Positions 38,044-51,300 of a stretch of 64,000 nt of DNA are shown here, piece after piece. Made by a program: the position numbers and the translations under genes. Location: the NCBI RefSeq assembly GCF_964204865.1, contig NC_135262.1, positions 11,904,001 through 11,968,000 on the forward strand. The letters run 5' to 3'. The stretch's first letter is position 1, and every line of letters begins with the position of its first letter. Under the pieces are notes generated by a model. That model searched no databases. It was given only the letters and a program-made list of their open reading frames with translations, and was not told the DNA's origin. The DNA comes from Styela clava. Its lineage: Eukaryota.

Positions 38044-40253
38044 TTATGCTCTATAAGGTGCAACTCTCGGTACAGAAGACATTCGTGTTATCACTGGCAA
38101 TATCTTTCCAACTTCTGTTGCTCGCTGTTGCTTGGTGTGGTCATCATCAAAACGATTTCGCAATGGATCTTTCCACGCAAAGGGCAATAGACCGTAGTTT
38201 CCGGTGTGTGCTAATCTTGCTTTGCTAATATCGTCCCAAAACTCTCCTTTTGATTTGATAGGAAACGTTGGAGAAGCACCTAAACCATAAGTGTATGTTA
38301 TACATGCGGCCTATTTATTAACAAGTTTAAAGAGAGCTTGTTTTATGATTGTGTTGGAATAGGGTCACCAGATAGCGTTTTCTCTAAATTCTGATGTTGA
38401 AGGTTATGCAACATTAGAGCTAAAACATTAAATGGAGTGTTTAACATTGTATCTTACTTCTGAATTCTTGTACCCGTCGCACTCTTCGTCGCCACACATC
38501 GGTTTCTACAGCAACAGTTTTAGGAACCCTTTTTGTATCCTGTGTCGCGGATTCCCCTTCTAAAATCGGAGGAAGCCCTGTCTTTTGCACACAGTTTCTT
38601 GTACGTGGATCTTTGGAACGTGATTGTGACAATAAGGGGGATTCTAGGGGTACGGAGGTACTTCTAGGGGGACTGAAGAATCCTGTTATACCGGGAAATG
38701 TGTCATCTGCGTGCTCTATGCTAGTTCTTGCAAATCTCATGGGTGATGTTTGAGTTTCTTTGTGTCGTTGTGGTTCCGATTCAAGCCTGTTCTTGTAATG
38801 AGTGTTATGTAGGGTAAGATGTTTTTTCTTTTGTTTTCTTTGCATTCTTGGAACCATGTCGTTCCTTAAAGTACTAGCTCGGCGCTTGTAAGCTTCGCTC
38901 AGTTCTGGCGAGTTAGCCGCCGTGTTGGGAGGTACTTTAGGCTTTGATTTTTTTGTCTGTACAAATATATAATAATATAATATATAAAAAACGACTAGTT
39001 TCAAACTTAGGGAAGAAGAGGCAATTTGGAATGTATCTTTTGAGTATGCCCAAAATAATGATCATTGATCTCATATTTATCCTTATTTTCAAGAAATTTT
39101 TACATTTATTCATTTTATGGGTAAAATAATGGAATGTCACAAATTATGATATTAAAATATAACACCAACACAATTAAAAAATATATATACTATAACATGA
39201 AAGCTGTTTTTAAATTTCTTGAAGCTTACTTGGGGAAACACATCATGTCCACTGCCGCGCTCATCTCCTAGCGGCGAGGCTTCAGATTTCAGTATTTCAT
39301 CTGTACGAAGTGATAGACTTGACCTATGTATAGGTTCATTTGTTTCTCTTGACTCCCTAAAGCTAAACAGAATGTTTTCATATTAAATTCTAAACACAAA
39401 ATCTCTGTGATCCTACTAAAACTACTATACCGTTTTTTCTTTGATGATGGATGTACAATAAAAATTATAAGAAATTTCTACAAACAATGAACTGAACTAT
39501 AAAACAATATTACTTTAAAAAGAATGTTGTAACTTGTGCAATAAACTTGATAAAACGTTCAAACATTTGCCAATTCAGCAACGATAGTAATTATGGACCG
39601 CCGCAGAATTCCCTGCATTAAGCTGCTATCAATAAAGCTCGGGAAAATAATTATTTGCGAAAGTCATGCAGCAGATTTATTACTCTATGGTTGAGGCGTT
39701 GAGCATGTATTGAATTTCGTAGTTATCAAGCCCATGGAGTACGACAACTCGCAATCATACCTTGGTGAAGTTGTCATGTCTTCATGCTTCCTTGAAAACC
39801 GATCTTTTGTCCATGTAGCTTCACGAACTACTTCTGCCCCTGTGACCTCGTCCACTTTTACTACGGTAGAAGGAGGATCTATGCCAAACAAGAATAATTT
39901 ATTTTAAATAGAACACAACACAAGATTTCATTTTTTCAATTTTAATTATACAATTAATTCCTAAAATACAATATGTTTCGATTTAAAAAATGTATAGGTA
40001 TTGTTGGGATTGAAATCGTTGTTGGTACTGAAATGTTATATATATATATTTAGAACTCAATTTTATCGATTGATATTGAATGAACCATACCTTTGACAGG
40101 TTGGCCAGTATGCCAGAGTTGACGCATGTTGTACGATAAATGCGGTCTTTTCACTTTTGGACTCCATATTGAATTTGGCATATTGCTCGAAGGTGTGTAT
40201 GACTTTTTCTTTCCGCCAGCTGGCAGCCTAGATTGTTCACCATGACGGTGCAT
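38044..40253 (-). CDS. Uncharacterised basic, Ser/Pro/Arg-rich protein, ~382 aa; 5' end uncertain
   Basis: Five phase-compatible GT-AG exons: 40253-40091 (acceptor at 40272), 39878-39761, 39362-39230, 38956-38458, 38279-38044 (stop TAA). Open throughout, ending ..SKGEFWDDISKARLAHTGNYGLLPFAWKDPLRNRF..VAPYRA*. No family recognised. Confidence 0.75.
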
Positions 40254-42020
40254 TTCTCCCGGAGCAGAGGATCTGAAACAAGCATGAACCTTTTTGTAGG
40301 TTTGTATAAAAGGCTTAATCGATTATATACTTTTAGTCCTGGCGTGGCGTGCATGGACTGAACAATTACACATCTTACATTTAAACTGGAAAGCTCGTAA
40401 CTTCTTGGGGTCAATTAGCAGAAGGTGAATCGTTTGAGTTGTACGTTTCTGGTATTAAATCTTACGCTACAAAATTTAACCAAACTACTTTATAAAACAT
40501 ATAACATTATCCACTAGTTGAATAAACTTCATCAAGATAATGAACGCAAACACATTTTAATTGCTTGAAATTACAGATAAATAAATAGTCTGTTTCTGTT
40601 TCATTGTAATTGCATTTAAAAGCTCGTGTTTTCAAATGTCAAACAATGGTTTTTCTAATACAAGCAATTTCTGAGTCACAGAACACAAGCTGTCTTCGTG
40701 GTACGGTTGAGCCTCGATCAATCAAATTGAAATCACAAACCAAAGAAAGCGTCGAGACTAGGTTGTCATTGAGAACAATCGAGTTTTGTTTGCTGATTAC
40801 ACAATATAATAATATACTTAGTGACATACAATAAAGCAATTTACTGATGTTACACGTGGTATTTTATGCATCAAATACTGTATGAATACAAGCATAATAA
40901 TTCAACAATAAAATCATTAATTTCGTTTTCATATTATTCTAGTAAAAATGCTCGGTAATCCACCGGTATAAAGTAAACACGTGTGTTGTATAGCCATATA
41001 TGTAAGGCCTACCTTGTACACAATTGGTAAGTGAGAGACGGCCAAATCTATAGTTGCAGCAACTGTTAATTTCATGTAAATGTAACATGTTGCGCTAATT
41101 GATGGCAAATTATTAACAACAAATGTAAACAGAGGAAGCTTCAATGACAATTTAGTATTGGTAATATAGACACATTTGCAAAATATAAAGATAGAAAGAA
41201 TGTGGAATTTACCTTCAAGGTAAAATAATTTCCTACTTGTGTTGAATTGATTAATGTGGCAACGATTTAGCAGTACCTTTCCAGTCAATATCAAAAGTAG
41301 ACAATATTATGCCGAACCGTCAAGGTTGGCTTCTGGTAATTAGTTTTTGCCAATTCAGATTTTATATCGTTAATTTTCTATTGTCAATAAGTGTTCACAT
41401 AATAACAAGCGAAGGTCGCGGAGTAATTCATACGTTTTAATTGTGAATAGATAATTTGTTGTAACTGACTTACCTTCCCATTCCATGTTTTTGAAAAGCT
41501 TCATACTTGACGGTAGCATTTTGCTGTCGTTGTCTAGTATAATCCTTCACTGCTTGATAAGATGGCAATTCCCCTTTGTCCTTGTTTACTTTAACCCTTA
41601 ACAATAAATTTGCTTTAGAGTCATGAGGCTGGCATTAGAGATAGATTCGAGTATTTCTAAGTGTATACCAACAATGGAAGTCTACAAAATCAAGCTGGTG
41701 GGCGTGTTTGTATTGCAACAGTCTAGTCGTAAGCTAAATAAACTAAAGGTGAAAGTATGAAATTTGAGAAAAAGAGGTGCAAAGTATTTTGTAGTATTCT
41801 ATCATATTGTAAAGCGTAAAACCCTAATGATTTTTGAGTGGAAAAAGTTTAAATATTTAGGACTATATACAAAGAAGGTTGTATTGATAAAAACCACGCA
41901 AGTGCAATGATTATAAATGACGTAATTGTCTCAAAAATATGTTATGATTTGCATAGTTGGAAATGAAAGCATAGAGCCCTCCAACTATTATAGATAAGCT
42001 TATTGCAGACGGGGTTTATC

Positions 42021-42200
42021 CAGTGTGGGATTCAATTTTTTTGTCAGGCACTTTCATCACAAAAGTCATATTTTTCACCAGGTTCTGTTACAAAAAGTCA
42101 TTGACAGTTACCAGTAATGCTAACCGGTTCACTGATCTCATAAAATTCCGTGAGACGGTTTTATAGAACCGGTGTGAACCGCGGCTGAATACCACCACTG
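42021..42200. mobile_element. hAT MITE, 180 bp
   Basis: TIR CAGTG-TGGGATTCA / TGAATACCACCACTG. TSD GGTTTATC (42013-42020) vs GGTTTATT (42201-42208). Confidence 0.8.
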
Positions 42201-43900
42201 GGTTTATTGTAATTTACTCAATGGATTGAGGTTCGTATATATATCGGCTAATAACAATGGTTTTATATGAAGTAACCATGGTTTTAGTGCATAACCATAC
42301 TGGATAGATAAAATGTAGTTTCTAACTGTCATAAATCGGTTCAAATTTTTCATAGAACTCATCGTTTATCTTTATATAATTTATATGATAAATACAACTA
42401 TTTAAAACGTTAATGTTTGAAAAATCAAAGCGAGTCGAGCGTGTATAGTATACAATACATAACATTATTTACTTGTGAATTATTTGCTTAATTATAACTA
42501 CGTGACAAGATTAAGGATAAATATTCATAAAATCTTCAGATTGTTTTCAAGGACTCAAAAAATTATAAAAATCCTACAAAAACACTTAAATAGTTGTTTG
42601 CCGTTTCAAAAATGCAAATAAAACAATAAAGGTCTTGGTTGCTTCACTAAAAGATATTATACTGATAAATGGAAATTTTCTGTAAGATAAATCATGTCCG
42701 ACGAAACTGTATTCATCTAATGTCCATGTCTGACTGTACCTGGTTTGGAATTGAGAGCTTGATGCGTTGAAGATGAAATCTTAAAATATTATGTTTCGGT
42801 TGTCGAAGCAAAATTTATAAAAATTTATCGCTTATGAATCAAATTCAGCATGACCACTAAAGGGTACAAATGGGACATGTGTGGCTTTTACCTGCACAAA
42901 CATCAGTCATCATCAGTTTATAACTTTATAGTCTACTCTATAATGTTTGAATATTTTATTGGATTATGCGATACTAGTCTCCAACTAGTTTTGTTATCAA
43001 AACAGACATCGGTATACACAGAACAACAAAGACTTACCTAGTTGGTCCATTATCAATATACAGTAGATACGTCCCAAATGGTGTCGGGAGGTACTTATGC
43101 AAAGGATACATATTTTCCCTTTCTATGTAGCTTAATATTTATTTTGATAACAATCTACCTATTGTAAGAATCCATGTTTTCCGGGTTATGTTATATGCCA
43201 AACAGATACAGAGAAAATTCGCAACCTATAACTCTAACACCCACTCTTTTTACAGAGGTGTTTGAACGATAAACACATTTCTGATCAGGAACAATATGAC
43301 GCTCTTTTGTTTTTAGTGTTCCAACGCGGCTTCTTTGTTTAAAAATATGTATCATAAGACCCGGTAATCAGATACCAATAAGATTTTCATTCATTAACCC
43401 TTTATTGGCCATTTTATCCTCAGGATGATAACATTATTATTTTAAATTCTATTTTTTTCTGAAAATATATTCTTAATATTATTTTAACATAATTATTTTT
43501 CATAAATTTTTGTTATGCATTTGCGTTTTCCTTTAAATTTTAATAAAAACGAGGATGAAAGCGGTTAAATATTCCTTTTGGTATCTCTTTCATTATATCA
43601 CATATTTAAAAGCTTTAATTAAACCATTTCTCTTTTATATTGTTTTCTTATTTTGATTGATGGTTGAAGTATATAGTTTCAGCACTGCTTTCCGATACAA
43701 ACCTTTGCGATGTTTAATGTCTGCCAAACGTGGCAAAGTAATGAATAAGAACACCTTTATATACCCTCATGTACGAACAATGAGAAAGACTACCTCGCTT
43801 TAGATTTTTTCATTAATTTTATTCGAGATGAAAGCGTTTGTTTGATTATAGAGGTATAGTCTGGACGCTTTAAATCATCCGTAGAAGATTTCCACCATAC

Positions 43901-43915
43901 GTTACTCTTGGTAAC
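43901..43915. promoter_or_regulatory. RFX X-box-like motif upstream of the SPMAP1-like gene
   Basis: Imperfect palindrome GTTACTCTTGGTAAC, ~680 bp upstream of the ATG at 44593. Additional GGTAAC half-sites at ~44007 and ~44095. Confidence 0.5.
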
Positions 43916-44592
43916 GCTTTCGTAGTACCGATGCTCCAATGTGGAGCTCTACTCGGGTGTCAGTTCAATCAATATTGCTTGAGATAGACAAGCCATGTAC
44001 AAATTAGGTAACAATTATACCTTGCTAACAAAGGGTGGGTTTCTTTGTGAGTTGTGTTTTAATTTATATTCTGTTTGTCTGGTATAATTAGTTCGGTAAC
44101 AGGGAGAAATTAGATTTTTTTTTAATAGGAATAATTGATATTTATATTTAATCGTAATCACTTTTGTGTTTTATTCAGGTTATAACAGCAACTTACTTGT
44201 ACAAAACATTTAACTTTATACATTTTTGTAAAAATACTATATATAGGTTTAAAAAGGCATTTATCTACTTAGTTTTCTGCTTGTTGTCATTTTTGGGATA
44301 AGGCATATACGGATTGACAATAGCGGTGCCGTCCAATATGATGGCATTTGTAGTTATCCATTGTTGTTATGAACTGAGATATTTTCTATTTTTAAATTTT
44401 TTTATCCTATAGTAAAAAACTAAATAGTACCAGTAATGAAATATTTTTGCCAAGTAATGCATTTTAGAAATAAGATTTCTTACAAATTTTAAATTATGAA
44501 AAAACGAAAGGAAATATAATAGTTATGGTTTATTTTGCAATTCAGTTTTTCCCAGTTTGCTATGTATAACTAAATATAGAAAGTTCAACAAA

Positions 44593-47144
44593 ATGACTCG
44601 AATGCCTGAAAAACTTCGGATTCAAAAATATTCGCATTACGCAACGAACTCGCCTTTGAAACCAACAAGGGACGATATTTTCAAAGCCGCGATGAAAGAA
44701 AGAAGACAAAATGATAGGTAAAAAATGATAATGCTTGTGTTGTAGGGGTCAGAAGCTTTCAGTGACGCCTCGGATCGTACATACGTTTTCATCAGTGCGG
44801 GGTGCAAAATGTCAAATATTATCACTAAGTCTGGTTAACTTCTTGTTGATAATTCTGTCAATCGAATTCCGATAACAAATTTTTACGTCCTTGATTGTGT
44901 CGATGTCTATTTTTGTCTTCTTCACGCATTTTAGGTCTACACTTCGACTAATCATTGTCATATCAAGTTTGGATTTCGTGTTTGAGAAAAAAAATAGCCA
45001 TGAGATTTGTCTTGTTTTCACTGTAGGCTTATAATGAGAGCAAAATTTCTTAGCAAAGGGCACATATTTCGGGCTTTTAATGATTAGAAAAAGTAAGATT
45101 GACAGTCACCCCGCTGAAAAAAAAGAAGCTGCATGAAGTTGCAGAATGCTCATCATGAATGATATCATATATTTATCAACATGCTAGTTGAGAGAAATTC
45201 AAGTAAAAAAAATCTAGAAAATAGCTCATTTTTTGGTAGGATAGGTACCAGGAATCCTATTAAATTTAGTTTCAATAGAGATAGAAATTTTCAACTCGTA
45301 CGCAAAAGAACTAACGTCTGATTTATTATGAAGAGTAACATTGTTGTTCTGTTGAGAACTCGGATTTATTCCTCTAAGGCATATTCTCCTAATAAAAAAA
45401 AAAGTTTAAGCCTTAAGTTGGTTATTTTTTGTACTTAGTTGTTGATTGCAGTCTGTACTGACTTTGAATTCGGTCGAATTGAGTCAAGAATCAACTAACA
45501 AATAGTATATATCGTCACTCCTTTGCCCAATAAGGTGTATTACTCTCTAATGCGCGATAGTGAAACTTCATTTTGCTTGAAATTTTATCTGAGCAAATTT
45601 TGTTGTTCAGTGACAACATCATGGGAAGGAATTGGCATAAAAAAATTCTGTGTGCATTTTAGGGCGGAGTTTGTTCTTGACGGTGTTCGAGAACATACAA
45701 AGCATGCTTCAGTGATTCCTTCATACAACGCTTTTAATGATCGCCACTCTCAAGTTTATTTCCGATCACCCCGAGTTCAAGCAATGCTCAGAAAAGTCGA
45801 AGAAATAGAAAAGGTAAGTTAAATTATACCTCTATAAATATCATATTAGGATCTCGTAGTCCGGCGTTCGTATGTCACTCACATGTAATGTCACACCTAC
45901 GAATTATAGGTTTTAGTGGGATAAAATTATTCAACTTGAACTAAGAAGTATTTTTAGATTCCATGAATGACGCAAATTATTTGAGTATGCCTCGATTATT
46001 CATAAACACTTCTTCTCATTGTTTTATAATACAAAAATACCTAAGTGTTTAAAATGTTTATTTTGTCATATACTTAAATTATGCATTTCTTTGAATTTTC
46101 CTACTCTATGAGATTTCATCACGTTCCAACATTTTTACTTGTATATATAAAAAATTATTCTGGTTATACTGTCAAATAAACCAATACAAGGAAAACTGAA
46201 AAGCCCTATAGATTTTAATCTATTCAAAATAAAAGATTTCTTAACCAATTCCCTATGATTCAATCTCACAGAATCAAAATTCAGCTGAAGGTATTGAAAA
46301 TTTTAAACTCTCAACAAGACAAAGAATTCCTCACACGCCATACAAAGAGGCTATTACACGTAAGGAATCAAGGTAAGATTGAGGACACACAATTAAGGAG
46401 CAATTAAATTATTGGACATCAAATGGGCCTATAGATCGATAGATTTGTTATTATTATTATGTTATTGTTAGTATTTTCTTTCTCGTTGCTGTGTAAAATT
46501 GCTTTACGGTAATGTAAAATGTTTGGTACCTGTTTTACTACTTTGTTCTGGCATCTGTGTCCATACATACTTGCTCTGTTGGTTAGATTTATTTTGTTTC
46601 TTCGTAATGTTATAGCATTTTAGCGATATTCTCTTTTTCAATTATCGTGTTAGCCCGCTTATACATATTTCCCGTGATCAGAATCGAAGATTCTAATTAG
46701 ATCGAACTTCTAATGTAGTGTATATGTATTAACAAGATTTGTTGTTACACCCCCATGAATATTTAAACTTTTAGTATAAGAAATCTCAATTTGTAAAATA
46801 ATGGCATACAAAAAATCTATATATTTATATATATAACTGCCAATAATTCCAACGTAAAAGTGAGCTGTTAGTCCTTATTCTTAACAATTTAACTGCAGCA
46901 GATTGTACTTTATATTCGACAATCGTCATGTGATGAGTAGGATTCGGCTGGAATGAGAACAATTTTGTTATATTTTATGTTTTTCAGATTTGTTATTGAT
47001 TGCGTTCGTACTGACACACTTAAATCAAAAAGAAAACCAGTCATACCTTCTTATAACGCCATTGAAGATGAACATTCTCAAAGCTATTTTAAAAAAAAGA
47101 GTGTTAGACAACTTGTGAAACGAACTCTCAATATGAAAATATAA
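44593..47144 (+). CDS. 177-aa protein with two tandem C17orf98/SPMAP1 (DUF4542)-like motifs; probable axonemal microtubule-associated protein
   Basis: Four phase-compatible exons: 44593-44717, 45663-45813, 46272-46372, 46988-47144. Repeat 1 FVLDGV..SVIPSYNAFNDRHSQVYFRSPRVQAMLRK and repeat 2 FVIDCV..PVIPSYNAIEDEHSQSYFKKKSVRQLVKR match recalled C17orf98 [35 protein letters not shown]. Confidence 0.8.
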
Positions 47145-47666
47145 TTCACGAACTCGTAATTTTATTAATATTCTATAATACTGTTGAACTGTTATACTTT
47201 GTACTGTCACACATATATGGAATGTATATCCATCCAAAGCCAAACACAATGTCCACCCAGTTGAAATAGCACTCCTAACCCATGCTGTCTCAAAGAAACG
47301 GGATTGGTGAAATATAAAATTTGCACATGATGTGATGGAATTATTACGAATCTGAATACTCAAAGGCTTGGAACAAATTTATATCCTATTCGTTCGTTCG
47401 TTTTTCATTTGTTAGTTTTCTCACATTTTATTCATTATTTCTCTTAATCTTTACTTTTAACAGTATTTTTCCACGAACACTGTTATTGATTTTGCAACTC
47501 TGTTTTTACCACATCCATCAGCTATATCTAAAAAAGTGTTTTATTGATGTGATAGTGCGGTCTGTTGAAGAAGCAAAATTAAATTGGTTTAAAAAAAAAA
47601 ATTTCCTTTACTGAGTTAAATAAAAAAATTCAACTGGATATATGTTGAGTTTTTCCATTTGTATAT

Positions 47667-48062
47667 TTTACTGGACACGACATGTATCGTTTTGTTATTA
47701 AGTTGTTGTTTATTGGTAATTTTGATATTTTTCTTCTTCGTGTTGTTGTACTTGTCGTTATCATAAAAACGGGCGTCTATTAAATTAGTGGAACAATTGC
47801 TTCAAAATTTAGTAGGTAAAGATTGTTTTTGTCACTTGAAGGGTATTACTTTTATTTAGTTCAACAAATTACGCAGGGTCTACGGAATTATTTTTTGTGC
47901 GTGGTGACGTTGTCAAAATTAAAAATTGCGCACCTGATGGTCGTTCGCGTTTGCGATCTGGTGGCCAGTCCAAGTTGGGAAGACTACGGTACTTGTAGTC
48001 CCATACCCGTACTACTTCATTTTGGACTGCGTGTCTATAACTTGAGCATTAATCTCTTATTT
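47667..48062 (+). mobile_element. Old Helentron-associated (HINE/DINE-1-like) short element, co-duplicated with the sulfotransferase locus
   Basis: Subterminal inverted motif TGGACACG..CGTGTCTA and a 3' tail TTGAGCATTAATCTCTTATT, the same architecture as 60874-61113. Further copies at ~54190-54587 (inverted) and ~58380-58722 (partial). Confidence 0.45.
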
Positions 48063-48170
48063 TATTTGCACTCTAAGAAAAGATGATCGTTGCAGATGCA
48101 GTACAAATAAGTGAGAATTTAAATACCTTTGCGACTGATTAAAGCGCGCGTGCTTAGTCTCGGAATTAGT

Positions 48171-48268
48171 ATGATAAAGTCGGGGGTTAGTTAATGATTG
48201 ATGCAATTTCTGCCGGCGTTCTAATATGCAGTACATGTTCGAACACGGTTGTAAATATATTAGGTCAA
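48171..48268 (+). promoter_or_regulatory. Putative sulfotransferase proximal promoter with GATA, HNF1, Fox and nuclear-receptor half-site motifs
   Basis: TGATAAA (48172), GTTAATGATTGAT (48190), GTAAATA (48251), AGGTCA (48262). All are retained in the paralogous segment ~58832-58930. Confidence 0.35.
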
Positions 48269-48346
48269 ATAGTTGTAATCTGACTAGCTACTATTTTCCA
48301 TGTCGGGATTGCAGTGGACTATGATAATTTAGCAAGACGACATAAA

Positions 48347-51300
48347 ATGAAGGTGATATGTGCAGGAATGTCAAAATGTGGAACGAAAACTATGCATTCT
48401 GCTTTAGAAGAACTCGGGTTTGAAGTACATGACTTCCCAGAAGCATATGACAATTTTGTTTCGAAATATCTGAATTTTTATTCCAGAGGATGGACCTCTA
48501 GGGAGTTCCAAGTAATGTACAATGATGTCGATGCTGTTGTGGACTCTCCAGCTTATTACTACTGGGAAGAATTGATGGAGGCTTTTCCGGAGGCAAAGGT
48601 TGGATATATTTACATTTTTCGGTCTTTCAGATGTTCATATACTTGTATGAGCTTTGATTTAACTTGATGAAATTGTTAAGAATAAATGATGTTACATTTC
48701 ACCTATTTGCACAATTCGTAAGGCAGGTAAAATAAGGAACGCCCACTTTATATAAATGGACCTTCTTTCTTAACATTTTATGCCTTCTAACTACAACAAA
48801 CAAGTCAAAATCACAATATCAAATAGATCTGACTAAAGATTATAATATCTCATGTGCGACCCGTTGCAAACGTTGACAATTTGGTCCACTATATGTCAAT
48901 CCTTAAAATAATAAGGCAAAAATGTTTTAGTTCACGAGCGACTAGGGATGTAAGTTTCAAATATTATTTTTTCAAATCGAATTTCGAATCACAGCGTTCC
49001 GATTCGAATATTTCCGAATCTGATTCTATTCAATAAATCATCATATTAGCTTTCTTTAAATTTGGAAGAAATATAGTATAAATTTTAATAAATTACCAAT
49101 AATAAGCTTAAAGAATGAATAAAATTATTAGAAAAGCACGTAGCATGGCTGTATCAACTACCAAATATATTACGGCTGAGATTTATTTTTGTTACATAAA
49201 GATATACTTAGTTACATATTTACTTACTTACAATTATGTTTGCAAACAATACCGGGTGTATAGCGATTGTTTCTTCTAAAATTGACCTTCAAAATTCATC
49301 TAAATGATAAACGATAGTTGGTACCGTGTGTTTTTAAATGTTGGTACTTGTTTTTAAATAATAAGTTATAAAGCAATGATGTTTTATTATATTAATACTA
49401 TGCAGATTATTTGAAGAAACGTTTATATATTAAAATATCTGTGACCTTTTAAGTAGTCGAACAAATATAAGCGAAACGAATGCTTCCTCTAAAGTTGCTA
49501 CCAATATGGAATATAACGACTCTGCATGGGGGTGTCACAACTTTGGAAAGCTGTAAACTGTTAAAAATTTTCGTAGCTTTAACAAGGAAATGGCAGTTAA
49601 AAATAATTATACTTCCCTGTTTTTGTGACGCCGTAAAATATACTGGAGATTCCTGGAAGAACGAAAGAACATTTTATGACAACTTAATGGTAGTAAGTAA
49701 ATATATTTTTTTGCATACAACTACTCAGAAACTAACGTGACTGCTGTGCAGGATGATTAGTTGTGATGAATAGCAAGCATTATACTAGAACTTTATATGG
49801 AGTTAAAAACAGACGAAATGTGCGTGTTTCTCTGACTTTGTATTTGACATAATGGGGTGGTCAACACCTGCCTGAATATTGGCTGGCTCTTGCTAATTAT
49901 GCATATATGTTTGCTTAGGATTTATGACCTCTTTCCTATTCAGATATTTCGGTAAGCAGACAGTAAAACTGAAGAAAATAAAATTCGACATGAGATCAAC
50001 CAGAAGGTTCGGAGGTTGCTGAAGAAAATATGCAACCTTTAAAATATGCGAACTCAATATAAATAATTCCGAATACACTGTGTAACGAAAAAACTCACAG
50101 TTTTTATCTAGTTTCCCTGTTAGCTTACATTGAGGAAATCACATTTTTTCTTTTTAAGGTTAGATTTTGTGAAAATGGGGGATTTCCCTGAAAACGTTTT
50201 TTTTTTGTAGAAAATTGTATGAAAACTTTTATTGTAATAGTCTGGTGCTATTTCTCTCTAGGGGTTCGATATTTCACAGTTATATTCCTTGTATTTTATG
50301 TGAGACATCTTGAATTAAAAAATCTTAAAATCGATCAAACAAGTTGTATTTTTCTAGATTTTCCTTTATTGTTCAAGTAGATTTTACAAGTAAGTCCTCA
50401 TATCCATTCACCCATCCTTCGCTCATAGTACTGTCATTGGTAAAGAACGTTAACGTATTCAATATGCATATTGAATTTGTGAACGTCCATTATCAATGGC
50501 GGTACAATGAGCGAAAGATGGGTGACTATGTATATTACCTATTGTATAGTACCTAAATTGACTTGTTGGAAATTTAGAAGAAAAAACAACTTTTTTGGAT
50601 TAATTTTCAGTCTTTTTGCTTGTCAAAAAAGTATTCAACATATTTTGGTATTGAATTATTCAAGATATTTTACTTAGAATGCAAAGAATACGGCACTGGA
50701 GTATCAAAACACTAGAAAATCGCTCCAGACTATATTAAAATGAAAATATTTTTGGCTGTTTTTTGTTAAAATTTCACACAAAAACCTGATTTTGGGAATC
50801 CAGCAATTTTTAAAATTAAACTGGAATAATATTATGTACTGTTCTCCAGATTTGGACCGTAACCATTTGGAAGCCGAAAACAATATATTTGGGGAACGTA
50901 TTTGGAAATTGTCTTGGCGCATGCTGAGAAATTTGTTATTTCGATGACATATATAGTGATGGAAAATAGGCCTAAAACTCACTTAAAAACATACTGAAAG
51001 TTTTGTGGTCGTTACCACACCCCCTGTCTGTGCCTGTGATTTTTATGTTTAATTTTTTGATGATTCGTTTTTAAGAATAAACTTCTCTAAGTTTGTTTTA
51101 GTTGATCTGTCATAAGATTGGATGTTACTTAGAGAATACACGGAATTCCAAGTTTGAATTGCTGCCACGGAATTCCCTGTAACTGCATATACAAGGAAAT
51201 TCTATCACGCATTTTACAGGAACATCCTTTTCAAGTATACATGCGAGTCGTAAATGTTCTACAGTGAAAAGTAGGTCTGTTTCACTTAGAATTAAGGTGA

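Noticed and set aside
40330-41519. Additional 5' coding exons for the minus-strand uncharacterised gene
   Set aside because: No combination of candidate exons gave the phase-2 entry needed at 40272 without a stop; left as possible UTR or uORF.
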